A DNA stretch of 17,980 bases from Octopus sinensis (taxonomy: Eukaryota): positions 1-17,980 of the forward strand of contig NW_021824874.1 of the NCBI RefSeq assembly GCF_006345805.1. The letters run 5' to 3'. Below, one piece after another: positions 10,200 to 17,980 of this stretch. Position 1 is the stretch's first letter. The number at the start of each line of letters is the position of its first letter. The notes under the pieces are model-generated. The model searched no databases and had not been told where the DNA came from. It saw only the letters and a program-made list of their open reading frames with translations. The translations under genes and the position numbers were made by a program.

Positions 10200-11250
10200 G
10201 TATATAATGTATGTATATAATCTCGGAAAACGTCTTCCGTCAGTCAATACAAACAATAATATAATAATGAAGAAGTCCGTCATTGGTGGGGCGATCTGTG
10301 ATTTAATTTGTTTTTTGATTCGTTCGTTGTCTTAAACACTTGCTACCGAATGTCTGGTTGGCTGACTGACTATTTACTGTGTGGTTGTCTGTCAGACTGC
10401 CTGCTCGTCTGACTGTCATGCTGGCTGTCTGTCTGTCTGGCCTTTCGCAAGCTTAAATTTTAGTCTCGCCCATTTCTCTCTAGAGACGCCATTGTAAGCG
10501 CTGTTTGCCAACGGCGATTTCCACTAGGGAATAAATTTACAAAATAAAATTGTCTTATATTTGGTGGGAGAAAGCCGTTGGCAAATATCAATAGTGTCCC
10601 GAGACAACGAGAAATCCCTCTATACATTGTACAATCGAACTGCTAGAAAAAGCAAGCAAAGCTTCCCTCTTATCACACCTACCCTAAGAATTTATGTAGC
10701 TTGGGGTTCATTCTGATTACTTACGAATATCTGTAATGATTTTTATTAGGCACACCATAGAAAGACAGAATCGACTAAACAGGACAAGAGGGTACACGTG
10801 GAATGGAGAGTCGCTGAAAAGATCAGACGATGTGCGATAAAAACATTTCCAGACAATGGACATAAAATAAGAACAATAATAAGCAAGTGAAGAACGAATA
10901 AACAGTGCGTGTGTTTATTTGGAATGAAAAAAAATGACCGTCCCGAAATATAACAATAGATTTTATTACTGTTCAGCTTCTTTAGGGCTGTAAGTAAGTT
11001 CAGACAACAACAAGGATGACAATTACAACAATAACAATATCTAGTAGATAAATATATAAGCCGAACGAAGAGAGGGGAAGAACATTTCTCTAACGCAATT
11101 AACTCTCTGGCTTCGATTCAATTTACCATTATGCCATACCAATAAATATTGTTTTTTGTCAACCGAAAAGGCATTAATATTCTCCGACTTAAGTGAGGTG
11201 GGGGTGGGGAAGACTAGATAATGTAGAACTAGACACAATATCTTTTATCA

Positions 11251-11578
11251 TGTATCTTTTATCTGCTTTTCAGTCATTAGACTGCGGCCACTCTTTGAAG
11301 GACTTTTAGTTAAATGAATCGACCCCACTACTTATTTTTTTTAAAGCCTGGTACTTATTTTATCGGTCTTTTTTGCTGAACTGCTAATTGTTAAGGTGAC
11401 GTAAACACACCAACAATGATTATCAAGCGGTGGTTGGGACAAGACACCCCCCACACACACAGACATATTTGTACGACGAGCTTCTTTTAGTATCCGCCTT
11501 TCAGATCCACCCACAAAGCTTTAATCGGCCCGAGGCTATAGCAGAAAACACTTGACCAAGGTGTCACGCAGTGGGACA
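11251..11578 (-). mobile_element. SINE family B, diverged and 5'-truncated
   Basis: Aligns with 17154-17490 (TTTCAGTCATT, CGACCCC, AAGCCTGGTACTTATT, TCAAGCG, GACTATAG/GGCTATAG, CCAAGGT..CACGCAGTGGGA). Confidence 0.85.
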
Positions 11579-11593
11579 TACATCAGAACATAC

Positions 11594-11692
11594 ATCCTTC
11601 GGGGTCGATTAAATAAGTACCAGTTGAGCACTAGGGTCGATGTAATCGACTAGCTCCCTCCCGCCAAATCTCAGGCCTCGTGTCTATAGAAG
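11594..11692 (+). mobile_element. SINE fragment sharing the family A central core but with a different 3' end
   Basis: CATCCTTCGGGGTCGATTAAATAAGTACCAGTTGAGCACTAGGGTCGATGTAATCGACT matches the family A core at 14159-14219, then diverges. Confidence 0.75.
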
Positions 11693-11870
11693 CTGTGTAG
11701 TAAAAACATTGGTTCCCAACCACATGATTCCAGGTTCAGTCTCACTGCGTGACATCTTGGGCAAGTGCTATCTACTATAACCTCGGTCCGACAAAAGTCT
11801 TGTGAGTGGATTTGGTAGACAAAAACTGAAAGAAGCCCGTCGTATATATTTATGTTTGTGTGTGAGTGTG
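11693..11870 (+). mobile_element. SINE family B 5' half
   Basis: AACCACATGATTCCAGGTTCAGTCTCACTGCGTG...TTGGGCAAGTG...GTGAGTGGATTTGGTAGACAAAAACTGAAAGAAGCCCGTCG followed by a TA/TG microsatellite. Confidence 0.88.
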
Positions 11871-12220
11871 TGTACTTATTTCTGTAGCCTTGATTTAATC
11901 TTAAGTAGAGTGAAGCTGTGCCGAAATCCGTCGAATGGACTGCACCTGAAATTTGAAAGATCTAGCCATGTCACATACTGTATCTCGCGGATACTGCTTA
12001 AGGATTACGTCGAGAGTACAAATGTCTGTGGAGTACTCAATCACTTACAAGCTTTATCAATGAGTTGATCGAACAGCAAATCACATTTCCTTGAAATAAA
12101 TGAAGATCCTGTTCTTCTTTTTTTTTTTATTACCTCTTTTGCAGAAATATACTTACATCGTTGAAATACACTTCTCTCCACCGCCACCCGCTCTCTATCT
12201 CTTTCAACTTTATTCATACC

Positions 12221-12827
12221 TATTTCTGTTTCTTTATTACCCACAAGGGGCTAAACATAGAGGGGACAAACAAGGACAGACATAGGTATTAAGTCGATTA
12301 CATCGACTCCCAGTGTGTAACTGGTACTTAATTTATCGACCCAGAAAGGATGAAACGTAAAGTCAACCTGGGCGGAATTTGAACTCAGAACATAGCGGCA
12401 GACGAAATACCTATTTCTTTACTACGAACAAGGGGCTAAATACAGAGAGGACAAACAAGGACAGACAAACGGATTAAGTCCATTATATCGACCCCAGTAC
12501 GTAACTGGTACTTAATTTATCGACCCAGAAGGATGAAACGTAAAGTCAACCTGGGCGGAATTTGAACTCAGAACGTAGCAGCAGACGAAATACCTATTTC
12601 TTTACTACCCACAAGGGGCTAAATGCAGAGAGGACAAACAAGGACAGACAAACGGATTAAGTCGATTACATCGACCCCAGTGCGTAACTGGTACTTATTT
12701 GATCAACCCTGAAAGGATGAAGGACAAAGTCGACCTCGGCGGAATTTGAACTCAGAACAGAGTGACAGACGAAATACCGCAAAGCATTTCGCCCGGCGTG
12801 CCAACGATTCTGCCAGCTCGCCGCCTT
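12221..12827 (-). mobile_element. SINE family A head-to-tail trimer with complete head and 15-bp TSD
   Basis: Unit anchors at 12242, 12427 and 12610. AACTTTATTCATACC is repeated at 12206-12220 and 12828-12842. Confidence 0.93.
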
Positions 12828-12949
12828 AACTTTATTCATACCACTTCGGTTTCTTTGTTCATATTAACCGATCGGCAATAATACTGTCCAATTTTGTTTT
12901 ATTTTTCGTAATTGTCTTTTTTAATTTACAATGAATAGCCCACTACTTT

Positions 12950-13500
12950 CTCTAGTTCTCCTCTGCCCATTTCTCCCTCCTCCACTTCTTTTTCCATCTT
13001 TCTTTCTTCTTCTTCTTCGCCAGGTTTTCCTTTACCTCCTTCACCTCCACGTTTTCGCTCTCCTCACCTTTTTTCTCTCTATTTTTTTCTTTCCTATACG
13101 TTTTCGCTCATTCTTTCCCTCTCTCACCGCACTTCTTTTTAAATACCTCTTTCCCTCATTATATCATCTCCTCTTTTGCTATTACTCTTTCTCTCTTTCA
13201 CACAACCTCTCTCTCTCTCTCTCTCTCGCTCAATACACCCGATGTTTCCATTCCTTCCTCATCCATACATCCATCCATCCAGTCAGTCATTCAGTCTTCC
13301 ACGCATACAAGTATCATCCTGACCTATCAGTTTCCTGTCCATCATCCTTCCCTCAATTTTACACTGCCAATCACTTTTTCTCCATGCTCTTCCTTCCCCT
13401 CTCCACTCGTTCACTCACTCTCACTCACTCACCCACTCACTCTCTCACTCACTCACTCACTCACTCGCTCGCTCACTCACTCATTCAATCTCTCCCTCAA
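12950..13500. repeat. Polypyrimidine low-complexity tract including (CT)n and (TCAC)n
   Basis: Direct inspection; explains the F/L/S-rich ORF 12931-13515. Confidence 0.9.
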
Positions 13501-13622
13501 TCATTCGCCAGTTAACTCTCTATCTCGTCTGCCTTTCATTCTTTCTGCCAGTGTGTAGTCTGCCCGATCGCCTGTCTCTCATTCGTTCCACCGTTTTGTC
13601 GACTGCCCCCTAAACAAACCAA

Positions 13623-13789
13623 CGAGGGAACCGCTACGAGGCTGATCCCTCGACCTGCAAGAATTAACAATCAAATGTCACTCAAATCACACCCAGGTCG
13701 TCTTAGAAAATAATACGTGTGGTAATGTGACGACCCTGGCTCTATAAGTAAGAAAAAGATGGAATGGTCACAAGAATGACTTTAATCAG
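13623..13789 (+). mobile_element. Old degenerate dispersed repeat (family D), unclassified
   Basis: CGACCTGCAAGAA...CTCAAATCACACCC resembles 10636-10682. AAAGATGGAATGGTCACAAGAATG resembles 16017-16045 and the reverse complement of 16450-16480. The similarity is patchy. Confidence 0.4.
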
Positions 13790-14050
13790 TCCCGTAATAT
13801 TCTTGAATCTCGCTCCTAACCTCGCGCCAAAATTTCATCTCATCCCGCTTCTTTTCTTTTTCTGTCCCTCTTCCTCTCTCTCACCGTCTTCTCTCTTCTC
13901 CCTCTCTCCTCTTTTCTTCCTCTACCCTCTCTTCCTTTCTCTCTCCTCTCCCCGTCTATCTATTGACTAATATGAGTAACTTCAGATAATCTAACTAGTT
14001 TGTAAGTATATGCATCTAAGCGTATATTGTGCGTATACATTTTGACGCTT

Positions 14051-14279
14051 AAGGAGGCGAGCTGGCAGAAACGTTAGCGCGCCGGGCGAAATGCTTAGCG
14101 GCATTTGAACTCAGAGCGTACTCTGAGTTCAAATTCCGCCGAGGTCGAATTTGCCTTTCATCCTTTCGGTGTCGATAAATAAAGTACCAGTTTCGCACTG
14201 GGGCCGATGTAATCGACTTAATCCCTTTGTCCTTGTTTGTCCCCTCTATGTTTAGCCCCTTGTGGGCAGCAAAGAAATA
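14051..14279 (+). mobile_element. SINE family A, full length, 14-bp TSD
   Basis: AAGGAGGCGAGCTGGCAGAAACGTTAGC...GAGTTCAAATTCC...AAAGAAATA. TSD TATACATTTTGACG at 14034-14047 and 14280-14293. Confidence 0.93.
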
Positions 14280-14304
14280 TATACATTTTGACGTTTGTAT
14301 GTAT

Positions 14305-14307
<3 letters not shown>

Positions 14308-14341
<34 letters not shown>

Positions 14342-14370
14342 CTGTGTGTTTGTGTGTGGGTGTGTGCACG
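14308..14370. repeat. (TG)n microsatellite
   Basis: Direct inspection. Confidence 0.95.
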
Positions 14371-14442
14371 CATACTTACACACACTATGACATATAACTA
14401 CAACTAACACAGAGCGACATTAGCAAATGCGATTAGGCCACA

Positions 14443-14806
14443 TCTCTCTATATATAAACGGCAGTTTGTCTTGCGTGTTTCTGTGTCTGTTTGCTTGTAC
14501 CCTCACCCTGACCACGGCTTTCAACACCGATTCTGATGAAACTTGACACACACATACCCAATGTCATAATTCAAAACTACGCAGCGAAAATTTTGAAAGT
14601 TTCCCCAGTGTCTGAAAAAAACTCGATAAAATCGACATGGGGTCGAGAATCAGAAACAAACCACAGACTGTCTAGGGGACGCAACTCAACCTTCTTTAAC
14701 TCAAAAAAAATTTACATCATTTTTTTGCTATTTTTTGGCTATAACTCTCTAAAAATGCTTATAGTTATTTCCCTACAAACTGAGCAACGCCGGGCGATAC
14801 TGCTAG
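14443..14806 (+). mobile_element. Non-autonomous Helitron (364 bp)
   Basis: Inserted between A (14442) and T (14807) with no TSD. 5' TCTCTCTATATATAAA, 3' GC-rich subterminal GAGCAACGCCGGGCG followed by CTAG (14803-14806). These are the established Helitron hallmarks. Confidence 0.8.
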
Positions 14807-15164
14807 TCTCCAAATAAATCTATACACAATTATCTTCTATCTTCTTACGCACTTTGTTTCTTTCAGTTAGATATCTTCGTCAGCAGATGCAAAGAGAGTT
14901 GTGCTTTGGTATTTATATACACCATAACGCAAAAACTGGTGTTACTCGGAACCATTCGATATATCAAAAATACAAATATCGCAATTTGCTTCGGGGAAAA
15001 AAAATCGAAACTCTAAAACAGAGTTCGAAAATTAATTTACGGAAATTGGTTCGATATAACAGTTATATAAATTAATATTATGCAGTTGTGAAGAAAATAC
15101 ATTCTTTTTGCAAAATAGCAAGCGGGAAGTTTCAATAAATTTGGGAAGAATCAACTTATATATA

Positions 15165-15368
15165 TATATTTCTTTACTACCCACAAGGGGCTACACAGAG
15201 AGGGGACACACAAAGACAGACAAAGGGATTAAGTCGATTACATTGACCCCAGTGCGTAACTGGTATTTAATTAATCGACCCCGAAAGGATGAAAAGCAAA
15301 GTCGACCTCGGCGGAAATTGAACTCGGAACGTATCGACAGACGAAATACGGCTACGCATTTCGCCAGC
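15165..15368 (-). mobile_element. SINE family A, head partly deleted, 16-bp TSD
   Basis: TSD AATCAACTTATATATA at 15149-15164 and 15369-15384. Confidence 0.93.
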
Positions 15369-15574
15369 AATCAACTTATATATAATGACTGCTGTACCTT
15401 TTGCCGTCATAATTCTGATTAAGGGTCACCAATGCTTGAATGATCCCAGGGAAACCGCTGAAAATGGGACTATAAAGTGCAGCTAATAGCCTCTCTTGCA
15501 TGGCATAAAATAGATACAGAATACAGACACCCACCCCGCCACATGCAGAGAAAACGACGGAGTAGTAACAACTA

Positions 15575-15795
15575 CTGGCAGAAACGTTAGCACGCCGGGC
15601 GAAATGCTTTGCGGTATTTTGTCCGCCGCTACGTTCTGAGTTCAAATTGCGCCGAGGTCGACTTTGCCTTTCATCCTTTCGGAGTCGATTAAATAAGTAC
15701 TAGTTACGCACCGGGGTCGATATAATCGACTTAATCCGTTTGTCTGTCCTTGTTTATCCCCTCTGTGTTTAGCCCCTTGTGGGTAGTAAAGAAAT
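15575..15795 (+). mobile_element. SINE family A, ~10 nt 5'-truncated, 16-bp TSD
   Basis: TSD GGAGTAGTAACAACTA at 15559-15574 and 15796-15811. Confidence 0.93.
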
Positions 15796-16968
15796 GGAGT
15801 AGTAACAACTAGGACATTTTCTTCATTTGTCTACTTCGTCAGAGTCGATCTCTACTGCTAAGCAACAGCAGCAAAAAAAGGTTTGTTTCACAAGCCGATG
15901 AGGGTCCCTTGGCAAGCGGTCGACACGCTTGGAACAACTACTGTATCTTACTGAAATCATATCGTTACCGTCAGAAAAGGAAATGAGCACGAATGACGAG
16001 ATCACGAATTTTCAAAGAGACGGAATGGGTGGTCACAGCTGGAATATTTCCAGCTGAATAATGACTAGGTAGAGGTCAATTAGATTGATTAACTGTAGAT
16101 TATTTTATTGGTTATTCAGGGAAAGAAGATCAAGAATGGGACAGCTAAGAACCCCTACAGACCGAGTTGTGATGTTAAATCAGATGAAGGGTTTAGTCTA
16201 CCATCCAGAAATAAGAACAGTCCCTCCAGACAATTTTTGTTGATCGAGATTTCACTCTCAAGGCTTTAGTCAACTCAAAGCTACGATAGAACATAATTAA
16301 GATGCCGAGCAGTGAGATAAAAAAAACCTCTAACAACATAGTTGCGAAAGAAACTACTTAACCACAAAGCCTTGTCTACGCCAAGGTTGTCGTTTCCGTC
16401 GCTGTTATTGACACTTCAGTTCAGACCTGATCGGGAAGGAACAATATTAATGACACTCCGGGCATGACCACCGATCTTTTCTTCTTTCTAAAGCCGCTCT
16501 ATTATATTCTTCTAAATTTCTGACCTTTTTAAAACAGCAGAGGAGGATTTGCGGGAGATTTTCGCTGTAATTTCTAGCAAGGGCTCACAGCTCACATAGA
16601 AACTGGTTCGTTAACCTAAGAAGAGATTGCAAACCTGTAAATATGATTTTTTAAAAAGAAATCAAGCAACTGACTCTAACCTACATAATTTCTGTAAAGG
16701 CCTCCTTACCTCAAACATTTCTTCTGAGACAGGTGATACCGATGTTGTTGGTAGCGATGACTGCAGGAACAACATGTGCGGGACAGAGGATTTATTGGGC
16801 AGAGTGGGTCGTGAAGGGTTTAAGGGTGGAGTAGAATTGCAGTAAATGATAAGAAGAAGAGAGGAGAAGCAAGCGTGTCTGATGGACCTAAGTGGTACTG
16901 ATGAAATTTTACAAGGTTCAGGTCACGATGTTCTAGTTTCTAAATCCATGCGGCTACTGAAACTACCA

Positions 16969-17022
16969 TTTACTTGTTTCAACCATAAGATTGCAGTCAT
17001 GCTGGAGCATCGCTTTCAATAT
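16969..17022 (-). mobile_element. SINE family B 3' tail fragment
   Basis: TTTACTTGTTTCA...CATGCTGGAGCA matches 17168-17206. Confidence 0.65.
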
Positions 17023-17027
17023 TTATA

Positions 17028-17028
<1 letters not shown>

Positions 17029-17078
<50 letters not shown>

Positions 17079-17150
17079 AACATTCATAAATACGTATATA
17101 TATACACACACATATATATATTATATAAAAATACATACATATATGTATAT
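17029..17150. repeat. (CA)n / (TA)n microsatellite
   Basis: Direct inspection. Confidence 0.9.
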
Positions 17151-17153
17151 CTT

Positions 17154-17551
17154 TTTCTTTTATTCTTTTACTTGTTTCAGTCATTTGAGTGCCGCCATGC
17201 TGGAGCACCACTTTTAATCGAACAAGTCGACCCCAGGACTTATCTTTGCAAGCCTGGTACTTATTATATCGGTGTTTTTTGCCGAAACGCTAGATTACAG
17301 AGTGATACACACACCAGCATCGGTTGTCAAGCGACGGTGGGAGGGACAAATACACACACAAATACATACATATACCTATATATATATACGACGGGCTTCT
17401 TTCAGTTTCCGTCTACCAAATCCACTCACAAGGTTTTAGTCGGCCTGAGACTATAGTAGAAAGCACTTGCCCAAGGTACCACGCAGTGGGAATGAACCCA
17501 GAACCATGTGGTTGTAAGCAAGCTTCTTACCGCTCAGCTACACCGGCGCCT
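17154..17551 (-). mobile_element. tRNA-derived SINE family B, full length (~400 bp) with internal microsatellite
   Basis: Minus strand AGGCGCCGGTGTAGCTGAGCGG (A box TAGCTGAGCGG)...GGGTTCATTCCC (B-box-like). It carries a core AATAAGTACC...GGGGTCGA shared with family A and a tail GACTGAAACAAGTAAAAGAATAAAGAAA. Confidence 0.9.
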
Positions 17552-17712
17552 ATATATATTTATGTATCCTATCCCACACCTGAACCCGTACACACACACA
17601 CACACATGCTCTCCTAATCTCTCTCTCTCTCTCTCTCTCTCCCGCTCTCGTACCCACACGTGCATATACGCGACGTTTTCCTATGCTGTGAATATTTAAA
17701 AAAAACTTTTCT

Positions 17713-17946
17713 TATTTCTTTACTACCCACAAGGGGCTAAACATAGAGGGGACAAGCAAGGACAGACAAAGGGATTAAGTCGATTACATCGACCCCAGTG
17801 CGTAACTGGTACTTAATTTATCGACCCCGAAAGGATGAAAGGCAAAGTCGACCTCGGTGGAATTTGAACTCAGAACGTAACGACAGACGAAAGATGGCTA
17901 CGCATTTCGCCCGGTGTGCTAACGTTTCTGCCAGCTCCTCGCCGCC
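17713..17946 (-). mobile_element. SINE family A, full length, ~16-bp TSD
   Basis: TSD TTAAAAAAA(A)CTTTTCT at 17696-17712 and 17947-17962. Confidence 0.93.
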
Positions 17947-17980
17947 TTAAAAAAACTTTTCTGCCATTCTTTCACCTTCT

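Noticed and set aside
10971-10999. Possible microexon: CAG|CTTCTTTAGGGCT|GTAAGTAAGT
   Set aside because: None of the possible lengths (4, 8, 13, 17 nt) preserves frame; no independent support.
11195-11211. G-rich GAGGTGGGGGTGGGGA as a G-quadruplex
   Set aside because: Only two runs of three or more G; insufficient for a stable intramolecular G4.
12100-12285. Strong plus-strand acceptor at 12144 with ORF KYTYIVEIHFSPPPP
   Set aside because: No donor before the SINE trimer; the T-run may be a simple poly(T).
12931-13515. 194-aa hydrophobic ORF as a membrane protein
   Set aside because: F/L/S richness follows directly from the CT-rich low-complexity tract.
14940-15070. Two TTCGATATA motifs reminiscent of Tigger/pogo MITE ends
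   Set aside because: No matching inverted termini or TA TSD could be found.
8861-16760. Phase-compatible chain of minus-strand exon candidates (16760-16710, 15457-15398, 12089-12049, 8973-8861)
   Set aside because: The joined peptide is not recognisable, and an equally compatible plus-strand chain (14867-14908 + 15843-15880) can be built, showing such chains arise by chance.

Overview
Eukaryotic, AT-rich, non-coding (intronic or intergenic) DNA dominated by microsatellites and short interspersed elements. The SINE families and microsatellite load look like an octopus (coleoid cephalopod) genome; that is recall, not a database match. No host protein-coding gene can be supported, and nearly all long ORFs in the track are translations of (CA)n/(TG)n/(ATT)n/(TATC)n arrays. 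Supported features: (i) three tRNA-headed SINE families, labelled A, B and E here, several with 14-16 bp target-site duplications and two as head-to-tail trimers; (ii) an internally deleted maT/DD37D Tc1-mariner element with degenerate TIRs (7498-8304); (iii) a 364-bp non-autonomous Helitron with intact ends (14443-14806); (iv) two inverted copies of a ~140-bp repeat carrying a minimal type I hammerhead-ribozyme-like motif of the Penelope-associated kind, with a non-canonical U at core position 6. The most interesting signals are the hammerhead-like repeat, the SINE multimers that share one precise palindromic junction, a microsatellite higher-order repeat shared by two loci, and a cluster of three abutting palindromes.
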